From assembly GCF_037042905.1 (NCBI RefSeq), contig NC_087245.1, forward strand, positions 27,778,001 through 27,842,000: a stretch of DNA of 64,000 nt, written 5' to 3'. The translations under genes were made by a program, and so were the position numbers. Origin of the DNA: Lytechinus pictus (taxonomy: Eukaryota). The notes beneath the pieces are model-generated. The model searched no databases, had not been told where the DNA came from, and worked only from the letters and a program-made list of their open reading frames with translations. Shown here in pieces: positions 28,949 to 39,842 of the stretch; position 1 is the stretch's first letter, and every line of letters starts with the position of its first letter.

Positions 28949-30809
28949 GTAATGGTTGGTCAAGACTCCAAAGATGTTGGTCGGTTCTAGGACAATTACC
29001 CCCCCCCCCCCGGACAATTACCCCCAGAAAATCCCCCCTTCTCTCCGGCATCAATGTTAGAATTAAGCGGGACCCATTGTAAGTTTTGGTTGGTGTCACA
29101 GGTTTTCGAAATATTTTCTACTTTATTTTACGTTAATAACTTTTTCTTTCTCTTTTATATTGCTCTTTCTCCTGTTCTCTCACTTTCTTCTTTTTTCCTT
29201 GCTCTTTCCTTTTTTCTTCCTTTTCTGCCTTTTTCTTCCTTTTTTTTTGTTTAGCGGCACCTTCTGCATCATGAAAAATAGGGGGGGGGGGGGATTGCAC
29301 CCAAAACCTCCCGTTTGGCTATGCATATATACATCAGAAAATGTGTAAACTGGCCCTCATACTAAGTTTTCATAGAACAATTGAACACTATTAGTCATAA
29401 TAATCACAAATGCTGAATATCTCTGATTCCAACTGATCTGATTTTTAAAAATTTATTTTGGGTTTAATTTCAGGAAAGAAATCAGGCAAATAGATAAAAC
29501 GTAAAAAATACACCTTCATAGGTAAAAATATTGAAAGTCGATTACGCAACTATCAACACTAACACTGTCAAGTAGGACCTATAAACCTGTTATTTTAAAA
29601 CAATTCAAGAAGCTAAGAAGCTGAGAATTATGAAAAAATAGGTGCACATTCCAGATTAAGATGTGGCTTTATAATTTAATACAGTAAGCTAAAAAACTTT
29701 ATGCAAAGATAATACACAAGAACACCTTGTAATTTTACCATTTAGGCCCTAAATTGTAAAATTACAAGGTGTTTTTGTGTGTATTATTCTTGGGTGAAAG
29801 CAATTAAACATTAAGAAGGAAATTAAGTACCAAAATTACTAAATTGTAAACAATATGACACGATCAAATACAGTGTTTTTTCCATACAAATTGGCAATCA
29901 TGATAAGGTGCATTTTAAGGATGGTTAGTAAGAATTTATAAAGAAGTAGGCCTTTGCAAATCAAATAATGCGACCGAGCAGCGTGAGCTGAAAATATTAA
30001 TATTTAGACCTTGAAATGGACATTTTACAGAGCACTTTAAAAAATCAATTTGTAAATAAAAAAATAATGAAAGCTCAGTATCCGAGATGAAATATGTTTT
30101 GTATATTGACTTCAAAACTTGATATTTTAAGCTCCATATCAGCCTATATTGAGCAAGATATGAATCTCATCGAAAAGGCAATGCAAGCGGGAAGCGTGAG
30201 CGAAAATTTTATATAGTGACACAAAAAGAAAGTCTTCTCTTCACTTTATATTATTCACTCCTCTTCCTCTCTTTTTCCTCTTCTGTTTTCTTCTATCTTT
30301 CCCCTTCTTTTTTTTTTTCTTTCTTTCTTCCCCCTTTTGTTCTTGCTCCGTCAATTTTTTCAGGGGGGGGGGGGACAAACCAAATCTCAGGGAGGGGCAC
30401 CTGGCCCCCCGTATATATATGCCACTGCGAAGATTGCCAAAACGAATGATCTTACGCTACGATGACATACAAATTATGATCGAATTCCGGGTTTCGTAAA
30501 GATTTGTAGATGGAGCTCACTTTTACAGCTTTCTTACTGCGTTTGTTTGATTCCAAGATACTCGATAATGCCTTGAGTACTTACGCCAAACGCCGACCTA
30601 TGGTTCAATTGAATTCAATCTTTATTTCGCAAATAGGATAACAATACAAAGGAACATCAAATAATGTGATTAAAGCTTTCGTGAAGGCTATAAGAAACCT
30701 GTAAGGCTGGATCGCCAAAACATCAGGGTGACCAGATTTCACAAAATGAAATACGGGACAATCGACAAAAAAAGATCAACAAAGAAGGCTACACACTACA
30801 CAGTGTTAG

Positions 30810-31575
30810 ACTTGTGAAAAAAATATGAATAACTGGAAGAGAGGGTGAACAAAAGAATGAAGGAGATAAAGATAAGACGAAAGAAAAGTGATGAATTGAG
30901 AAGAAAGAAAGAAAAAAATTAAGGGTAAAATGAAAGGAAAAAGAATAAAGAAAATTATAATAAAAGAAGAATGAAAGAAAGAATAAAAGAGAGAAAAAAA
31001 TTCAGTCATTCTTTGAATTGAATATACAAAGAAAGAAAGGAAGGGAAGATGAATACATGTTTGAGAGACAAAATAAAGGAGAGAAAGAACAAAAAAGAAA
31101 GTAAGAAAAAGGAGGAGGAAAGAAAGAATGAAGGAAAGAAATATGTTTCCTTCATTCTTTGAAAGAAAGAAACAAAGAAAGAAGAAAAATAGGAAGGGAG
31201 GAGGGAAGGAAGGAATTAGGGGAGGGAGGGAGGGAGAGAAAGAATAAGGGAAATAATTAGAAGGAAAATTAAATAAAGAATGAAAGAAAGGAGGAAAGAA
31301 TGAAAAAAAAAAAAACAATGGAAGGAGAGAAAGATGAAAAGGGAGAAGGAAGTAAAAAAAAAGTTTAATTAGGAAAGAAAGAATGAAGGAAATAAAAAAA
31401 GAAATTTGATAAAAAAGGCAGGCAACAAAAAGGAGGAAAGAAATAAAAATGAATAGAGAGAAAGGATCAGGAAAGACAAATAGGAAATAAAGATAGATGG
31501 AACAAAAACGGGCAGGCAGGATTGAGGATAGAAGGATGAAGAAAGGATAGAAAATAAAGAGAGAGGAAAAAAAAT
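30810..31575. repeat. Purine-rich (GAAA/GGAA) low-complexity tract
   Basis: About 770 bp of almost entirely A/G on the + strand. It explains the spurious 257-aa F/L/S-rich minus-strand ORF. Confidence 0.9.
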
Positions 31576-31793
31576 TCAAACTTCAAGCAAACAAAAAACG
31601 ATCTAATCATCTAACAAAAATCATGATATTTGGTGTTTTTCAAATATATTTTAAAAATTTTAATAAATCTAAAATGTTTTAGAAATGAATAAAATTTCAA
31701 AGTGAAACATTGTCAACTTAAAAAATAGATGAAACATCGCGTATGGCACGCTACGGAGCCCGAGAGGGGACATGCATGAACATTTTTTTTTAG

Positions 31794-32276
31794 TAAGTCG
31801 TTCCCACCACTTATAAGTCGTTACCACCACTTATAAGTCGTTACCACCACTTATAAGTCGTTACCACCACTTATAAGTCGTTCCCACCACTTATAAGTCG
31901 TTCCCACCACTTATAAGTCGTTACCACCACTTATAAGTCGTTCCCACCACTTATAAGTCGTTACCACCACTTATAAGTCGTTACCACCACTTATAAGTCG
32001 TTCCCACCACTTATAAGTCGTTCCCACCACTTATAAGTCGTTCCCACCACTTATAAGTCGTTCCCACCACTTATAAGTCGTTACCACCACTTATAAGTCG
32101 TTACCACCACTTATAAGTCGTTCCCACCACTTATAAGTCGTTACCACCACTTATAAGTCGTTCCCACCACTTATAAGTCGTTCCCACCACTTATAAGTCG
32201 ATACCACCACTTATAAGACGATACCACCACTTATAAGTCGTTCCCACCACTTATAAGTCGTTCCCACCACTTATAA
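31794..32276 (+). repeat. Tandem array of about 24 x 20-bp units, TTATAAGTCGTT(C/A)CCACCAC
   Basis: Directly visible. Units differ almost only at one C/A position. The array ends 26 bp before the transposase ATG. Confidence 0.97.
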
Positions 32277-32302
32277 CTCTGTTCTGACCATTTTAGCCAA
32301 AA

Positions 32303-34032
32303 ATGGATGAACGAGAGCAAGAACGAAATACAGTGATAAAGATATGCTTTGAAATGGGACTCATGTACAAAGACATAGTTACGATTCTTGCCACAGAGTG
32401 TGGAATTGTAATTTCTTTCCGTCATTTGAAAAGGCTGCTCAGACAGCATGGCCTGTCAAGGAGAAAAAACTACAGTGACATCGGTGAGGTTGTAGACTTT
32501 ATTCTAAAGCAGGTCGAGGGATCGTGTCGTCTGCATGGCTACCGATGGATGTTTGAAAAATGTCGGGCACATCATATCAATTGTAAAAAGGAAGATGTAA
32601 GGATAATCCTTGGAGTTGTCGACCCAGAAGGGACAACTCAGAGGAGAAGGAGAAGACTGAGGCGACGTCAGTATTCATCCAAAGGGCCAAACTTTTTGTG
32701 GCATCTGGACAGCTACGACAAACTGAAAGCATTTGGAATATGCATTAATGGCTGCATCGATGGGTTTTCCAGGAAAATAATGTGGATGAACGCCTACCAC
32801 ACTTCATCAGACCCGAAGGTGATTGGAGGGTACTACATAGAAAAGGTGTCAGACATCGGAGGATGTCCATCTGTTGTACGTGGGGATCTAGGTACCGAGA
32901 ATGGATATGTGCGTGACTTTCAAAGGTTCTTCCGTGAGGACGACGAAGATGGCATGGCGGGCATTCGCAGTTATCTAGAAGGTCCAAGCACCGCCAATCA
33001 AAGGATCGAGTACTGGTGGTCCTTCCTTCGAAGGGAGTGCATGGAATTTTGGATCTATTTTTTTCGCCATTTGCAAGATGACGGTGATTTCATTGGCAAT
33101 TTCGTAGATGTCAATCTCCTACGGTTTTGTTTCTTACATCTTATCCAGGTAAGAGCAATGGCAATTTTTACCTCCATTTTAGATTTGCATGACCATCGAC
33201 CAAAATTAAGAATCAGAAATTAAGATTAGAAGAAAATCTTTAACTTTACTTTATAATATCATATAGATCTAGGCCTTTAATTGTTCTTTTACAGTGATCA
33301 ACTTTTTTGTTCGCACTGCAAATGAATTGAAGCAGCGCAAGGATCTGGTTCTGGACATTTGAGAATGTCGATCCCCAAGAAGTAACGAAGTTTGATATTG
33401 ATCAAACTTTCAAAAGGATCAATGTAAAAAAAAAGTTGGGGCGTTTTTGCAGGGTAGCTTTGCCCCCCCCCCTCCAAAGGGTCAGGGGTGCTGCTCTCAG
33501 GGGCCTGATTTAATATAGCATTTAGTAACCGAAGCCATAGATGTTTAATCATGCTTCAGTGCCGAATAGAATATTGCCAAACATTTTACATTTTAATTTT
33601 CATGTTTCCTCCCTTAATGTGTCTTTTGTTGACGGTATACTGGTTTATGCTTAAAATATTAAATGACGCCGTTTTATCTCTTTCCCATCTCAATTGCAGG
33701 CTGAGCTTGATGAAGTGGTAGATGTATGGGATCGGCATCTCATTAGACCATCGAGGAACGTCCAAGCTCCTAGCGGCCGCCCAAACATTATGTTCAACTT
33801 GCCGTCTTTGTACACTACAAGAGATTATCTGCATGGTGTGAGCCAGGAACGTATGCAAGCATGCAAAGAGGAATGTGTTTTCAGAAAAACAATACCATGT
33901 GATGAAGACATCTTTGAACTCTGTTGCATCGTGATGAATGAAGTTGGGTACGAGTATCCAAGAGACCGACACGGTGCTCGACTTCTTTATGTAGCTCTTC
34001 GACGTGAGATAACACACTTGCTTAACAATTAA
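32303..34032 (+). CDS. DDE transposase (integrase core, IS3/rve-like), 392 aa; exons 32303-33148 and 33700-34032
   Basis: HTH-like N-terminus (YKDIVTILATECGIVISFRHLKRLLRQHGLSRR), LHGYRWM, RRRLRRRQY.SKGPN.LWHLDSYDKLK (D1), GCIDGFSR, VRGDLGTEN (D2), STANQRIEYWW (E). Phase-0 intron CAG|gtaaga...ttgcag|GCT gives LIQ|AELDEVVDVWDRHLIRPS...PSGRP. No stops or frameshifts. Confidence 0.9.
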
Positions 34033-37000
34033 TTCTGTCTGAAGGTGCAGCAGCTATAGGTTCAAACCAACTTAACCAAGGAATACAAACAATACCTGTT
34101 CATGTGGGTGTGTTTTAAGTTTTTCATTTTTTGTTCTTAAGGAAATAAGCATAGTCTAATTGCCTTCTCGCCAATCATTGGTTTTGTACACAGTTTGACC
34201 TAGATTATCTGGCCACTATCTGGCAAGGAATTTTTTTTTCCTCACTCTTTGCTTCAAGATTGAGGGAAAGTTTCTTACTTTGTTTTATTTAAATTTTGTA
34301 CAAACAAAATGAAACAAGTCTGGAACAAAAGCTTGCCATTTAAATGTATAAGTTTGTTCATATACCAGTTTAATTAAGTAATAGGATATGCTCTATATAG
34401 AGACATGTTGTCTAGGACTTGTCTCTCATATATGGCCAAATCAATTATCTGGATGAAGGCCGGTCCCGACCAGATAACCGAGGTCGAACTAAAATAATTC
34501 AGCAATGAGTCAATGGAGGTTTACATTCCAAAGTGATGGACAAGTATTGATTTCTTGTAACTTTTTATTGAAAGTAGAAAAAAGATTGACACAGATCTCG
34601 GTACAAAATCTATAAGGACTACATAGGCACTCTGTAGGCATCTTAAGCATTTTATTGAAGTTTTTCATACTCAACTTTCTTACTGCTTTGTTCGCCTTGG
34701 ACATATTGTAATTGTTCTGTTCATGTCATATTACTACATGTAATTAAATCAACTTGATTATCTTCCAGACTTGCCTTTGATGTTCTATGTGTTATACATA
34801 CAACTCGGACTCATGGACTCAGTAGCATTATGGCACTGCATGGGCCAGCAGCTGTGGGTATGCGTTACTTGTGACCATCTAATTAAGGCCCCAAAGTTTA
34901 AAACAAAAAACATATATTGACCCTATATGGAAAGTGGCACTGAACCAAACAAATTTACTGTGGACTGTGGAGCCCTACAAGTACATGGTTATTTTCAAGA
35001 TTGGTAGATAGTGAAACACAGCAAAATGAAAGTCGTATCATTAATTCTTCTTAAACCAACTTGTTCCAATAACATATTTAAGTAAACAAAAGAAAATTCT
35101 CTGGTTTTTTATAATATGCCTTGGACCAATAACAATAAAACACAAAAAACGCCATAAACGTTCTTTCACTATGGTCATTTGGTCCAGTTAACAACATGAA
35201 GGATTCTCTTGGTACTTTATGATATGCCTTGACCAAACAACATTAAAACACAACACCATAACTGTTCTCAAAGCAGTTCGCCTACCTACCATGTTCATGG
35301 TTATTTGCAAGATTGGTAGATAGTCGAAACACAACAAAATGAAAGTCCTAATAACCCGTTGAAGACTAGTCCTGATTATACTCCGGCTGGGGTCTACGGG
35401 AAATGTGTGTTATAGCAAAATAAGCTCGTCTTCAACGGGTCAATTCTTCTTTAACTAACTTTTTCCAATAATATACCGTAAAGTAAACGAATTGAAGGTT
35501 CTCTTGGTTCTTCATTATATGCCTTGGACCAATAACATTAGAACACAACACCATATTAAACCCATTTGATCCGAATAAAACATGGCATGAAGGTTCTCTT
35601 GGATCTTCACGATACATGTATATCCTTGGGTCCAACAATAAAACACACCACCCTGAATGTTCTTTTCATGTCACTTCATAAACCCACTTAATCCAATATC
35701 CTTGAACACCGGGGGGGGGGGGGTACACGCCTAGTAAGGTATACACAGGAGTGTGACGCTCTAATGGGCGACTTTTTGGCCAAAAAAATTATACTATATA
35801 TTTTTGCCCATTTCGTCGATAAATTGCACAAAAAGGTAATTATTCTTAATAAAACCCCTAATAATGGGTTCCCTTCTCCGCCAAAATGAACCTTAAAAAT
35901 GGGTTGGGTTTTGCGGCTTCAGCGACACACTCCCATCAGAACCAAATCTGAGTCCCCCCCCCCCCCCCTTGGGTTTTAACATCATATTATGACTGTTCTG
36001 TGTTTCTTTGTGGAATTCCTGGGTCTAATATGATTTAAACTCAAAACAGTGAACCAAAATTCACTTGTTAATTAAACAAAGATGGGTTCTCTTCTATAGA
36101 AACATCATGTTAAAAAAAGCCCATTTATACAATGAAAACAAGGGAAAATCTTGACAAGAAGAGCCAATATCAAAACAAAGTGCAAAGTGTATCAAAATGT
36201 ACAAAATATTTGGCATATTATAGTCATTGAATTTAACACCATCATTGTACAAAAACATTGATTGGTCCTACATTAATTTAATTCAAAATGAAGGTTCTCT
36301 TTAAGTGCTTTGAACATGATATGCCTTGTATCATGTACATTTTAACAACAGATCATTTTAATTATAGGGTAGAATACCTCATTTCGATTACTAAAGAGTG
36401 AATCGACATAAAATCTACCTATTTTAAATTGGGGCTTTATTGCTGCACATACTTCTTTCTTTGGATTAGTTTTCAATTTTGTCTCTTTCTGATGTCAAAT
36501 ACCATTTTGATAAATTTGAGCTCATTATTAAAAGGAAAATTGAATAATGTACATACATCTATATTCATCCAATCAAAGCATATTCGGAGCAAGAAAAAAA
36601 ATGCAGCGGGAAGTGGTTGTCTCTATGGTAATGTTAGTAAACAGATTTTCCAAAAGTGACACAGAAGATTTGTTCACCTTTCACAAAAATCGTCTATGCC
36701 CACCAAAGAGTGAATGTAATGGCAAAATGAGATCATCACTGAATCACGCACACCCAAATTTATTTGAAATGGTGAAATACGTTTATACATTTGGTACCAA
36801 AGTTACTTGGGAAGCCATTTTCTGAGAGTACACTTTTGTGATACACTACATTGTATGTATAAATACCAGATTGATTTCTGCATATTAATTCATTCAATAT
36901 AATTTTTGGGTGTTTCAACACCATATCTGAAGCATGAAGATGTTTCATACTAAACCTTTGCAAATATGCACAATTGCTATCACTGCCATATGTCTCACAC

Positions 37001-37350
37001 CTACAAATTTCAAGCTAATTAATAAATGTAAACAATTAGAGAAGACAGCCTACTTTCATCTTCATAAAGCAATGAGTTGTTCTGAGGAAGTTTAATAAAG
37101 GACAAAAATAAAGGGTTTTCTGCAAAATGTAGTCAGGTAGTGTTATGTTTATGCTGCATATTTAATTAATGATGTATGCTGCGTACGGGAAGTCAACTTT
37201 GAACTTGAGTAAGCCTTCATGTTTCTCAAAGCCAATACACCGATATTTGACAGTTTCCCGCATTAATTTAAGATATAAAGCAACAAAATTCAAGATTAAA
37301 CTTGAAACTGTGCAGTACCCTGTAGGAAATGTACGAGTAACCAGTAGCCA

Positions 37351-39192
37351 TTAACCAAAATCAAAGTTCATATATCCTGATGCTAATACACAATCCCACT
37401 CTTGGCGAAATTCCCGGTAACTTCCATAGGTACTTGGAAGTTCAAGAGTAGGCCCACATGTATGTGCCACTGGTCGCCTGTCTGCACCTTCTAGAGACGT
37501 GAATTGAACCATTATTTTGGAAACGCTCATCACTTCAGATCCTGTCAGAAAATGCATTAATTTTTTCAATCCTTTCTTGTCTTGCCCCTTAATGTACTGC
37601 ATGAGGAAACGCACCGAGTTTGACTCTTCCTGGTTGGATGGAATAGCTGAAAAGCTCTCACAGACTTTCTTTGTTGTAGGTTGGAGCTCTTGGTATATGC
37701 TGAGAACTACCGAGGGGGTTGGAAGCTTGCTTAACAACTGAGGAGTCACAACTTCCCTCATACACTGCATCGCATAGCTCCCGTTCTGGATGATGACCTT
37801 GTGTGCCAACTGGAACATAAGTGCTAATGATTCCCCTTCTTTTGGTATGGTATGCCCACCTTCTCGGTCAAGGAGGTCAACGAGTGCTTCATGCTCTTCC
37901 TCTGTTGTGTTTCCAGACAGTGCAGACTGAACACAAGCTCGATCTCCATCATTTAGGTAAAGCTTGAAAGACTCCATCAAAGTGTCAGGCAGGACTGCAT
38001 CTTCACCAAATAGCATGCCAATGACGAAAGCTGGTGCCATTCTAAGAGGGAAAATTTTGTGGTCTATGAATCCTTTCACAAGGATTCTTCCAACGGCTTT
38101 CCACTCTTCTGGCCCTAGTTCTGGGCACAAACCTGGAACTCTGAAATCTTCCCCATCAGCATACATTTCAAAAAATTGTTTCCAAAAGATTGTGTAAACA
38201 TCTCTCGACACTCCTTCTGCATCAATTCCAAGTTCGTCCACAAACTCGAATTTTAGAGGGGATGTCATCATATCAGGTGCTTTGAAAATACACAGGAGTT
38301 CAGTTATAACCATGCATCTGTGCAGCTTTACCAATGAATGCTTTTCCAACTCTTCTCCCAGAATTTGTAGACCTTGTGTTAGTAGTGGTTCCTCAATAGC
38401 AAGACCTTCAGTTCTTGAGGGTGGAGCATTGCTAGTGCTCGGTTGCTCATGATCGGACTCCATTTCCTGCTCCTGTTCTGGTTGTGGCACTAATTCAAAG
38501 ACGGTTAGATCAATTAATGACTCAATGGCAGTATGGCTAATACCCGTTTCCGGAGTCAACGGAATCATTGGTAATGTTTCATCCAAGTCCTCATCTGCCT
38601 CATCAGGATAGAATGAGATGTCTTCGTCAGTGTCATTGGATGTCTTGTGACTCTTTCCCTTCTTCTTTGAGCAAATATATATCCGCAACATTTTTACTTC
38701 TGTCTCTAGGTACAGATCTTCTACATTACCCTCGGAAAATAGCTTTCCTCGAAAATCTTCCACATGGAAATAGAAATCATCCACATGACCTCTGAATGAC
38801 ATATTATCTGGAAAGAAAAGTCTCCTCCCCTCCTTGATGACATCGCCAGCTGTTGCATTTTCCCCCAACTTTAGATGCCTCGTTCCACCACCCTTAGATG
38901 TTCGAATCTGCTTGTACTCCATACTGGCCATATCAAAGTCTTTCCACCCTATCTCCACCCTCCTTTCCTCTTTTTCTGCATTCCTGTTACCAATATTTTT
39001 CTTCTGAGATTTCTTGATCTTAATTTTTAATCTGTCTACCATTGATGGCTTTGCTGCTTTTGGTGATCTAGTAGAGCATGATGGCCCTGATTCACACTTG
39101 CAAAATGTTACCACTGCTACCCGGTCTCCATATGCTGGGGTGTACTCGGCAAGTTTCTTATCATCAAGCAATGGGATTATTTCCACATCAAC
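37351..39192 (-). CDS. HECT-domain E3 ubiquitin ligase-like protein (G2E3-like HECT); terminal exon of 613 aa, first exon not found
   Basis: Acceptor ttattag|GTTGATGTG at 39193. HECT N-lobe motif FVDELGIDAEGVSRDVY..FW, GRILVKG, C-lobe LMHFLTGS, catalytic PVAHTC..TLELP..Y..Y.EF, and a Phe four residues from the C-terminus (NFDFG*). Confidence 0.85.
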   Translation of the reverse strand, partial: VDVEIIPLLDDKKLAEYTPAYGDRVAVVTFCKCESGPSCSTRSPKAAKPSMVDRLKIKIKKSQKKNIGNRNAEKEERRVEIGWKDFDMASMEYKQIRTSKGGGTRHLKLGENATAGDVIKEGRRLFFPDNMSFRGHVDDFYFHVEDFRGKLFSEGNVEDLYLETEVKMLRIYICSKKKGKSHKTSNDTDEDISFYPDEADEDLDETLPMIPLTPETGISHTAIESLIDLTVFELVPQPEQEQEMESDHEQPSTSNAPPSRTEGLAIEEPLLTQGLQILGEELEKHSLVKLHRCMVITELLCIFKAPDMMTSPLKFEFVDELGIDAEGVSRDVYTIFWKQFFEMYADGEDFRVPGLCPELGPEEWKAVGRILVKGFIDHKIFPLRMAPAFVIGMLFGEDAVLPDTLMESFKLYLNDGDRACVQSALSGNTTEEEHEALVDLLDREGGHTIPKEGESLALMFQLAHKVIIQNGSYAMQCMREVVTPQLLSKLPTPSVVLSIYQELQPTTKKVCESFSAIPSNQEESNSVRFLMQYIKGQDKKGLKKLMHFLTGSEVMSVSKIMVQFTSLEGADRRPVAHTCGPTLELPSTYGSYREFRQEWDCVLASGYMNFDFG

Positions 39193-39842
39193 CTAATAAG
39201 AACAAACAAAAAGATAAAATCTTAGCTTTACTGATTATTTAATTAACATAAAATAATATGATATGATAGACACCTGGATATCTTCCCCAAAAGTCAATAT
39301 TGTGCACCACCCCCTGCAACCAATCAGAAGCGCACATTTTGGACTTGAGATTCAATTTCAACCAATCAGAAGCACGCATTTTGGACTTGCGAATAATTTT
39401 TTTGAGGTGCAATGTTAAATGTAGTTTTCCTAATTAAGTTCTTTCTTCCCCATCACAACTCATTGTTTTTTTCTTCTCCAAATTGGTGCTGTGCGAAAGG
39501 GTGGGTACGGGTAGTGTCGCGTCACGTTGCGTGGAATCTCATGTGCCCCTCTGGGTTATCAAAGGGCATGGCCACAAATGATGTCAGTTCAGCATTCACT
39601 ACAAATTTTGTTGGGGGAGTGGGGGGGGGGGGGGGGCGGGTAGACATTTTTTTAATTCGAAATATATTGTGTCAAGTAGACATTTGTTCCTTTGTTTTGC
39701 TTTGTACTGATGTTATAAAAAAGAGAAAATTATGTGAATTTAGTCCATAAATTACTGTTAAGTAATTTCATTAACTTTTTTAGGTATTACATTGGATAAT
39801 CTTTTGAGTTTTAAGTACCATATGATAAATGTATTACATAAG

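Larger units (their letters stand above)
31752..39192 (+). mobile_element. IS3EU-like DNA transposon carrying a DDE transposase and a convergent HECT E3 ligase; right end not identified
   Basis: Left end TACGGAGCCCGAGAGGGGACATG (TAY terminus as described for IS3EU), then a subterminal repeat array, an IS3/integrase-type transposase and a second, oppositely oriented gene. The superfamily call is from recalled features, not a search. Confidence 0.7.

Noticed and set aside
30806..31579. 257-aa hydrophobic ORF resembling a membrane protein
   Set aside because: It is the translation of a pyrimidine-rich low-complexity strand (F/L/S-dominated) with no family motifs.
31794..32276. CRISPR-like array next to an integrase
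   Set aside because: The units are contiguous with no unique spacers, there are no cas genes, and the context is eukaryotic. It is a tandem subterminal repeat.
33149..33223. C-terminal tail of the 306-aa ORF as the true transposase end
   Set aside because: It is read-through into an intron. The conserved C-terminus continues in the exon at 33700.
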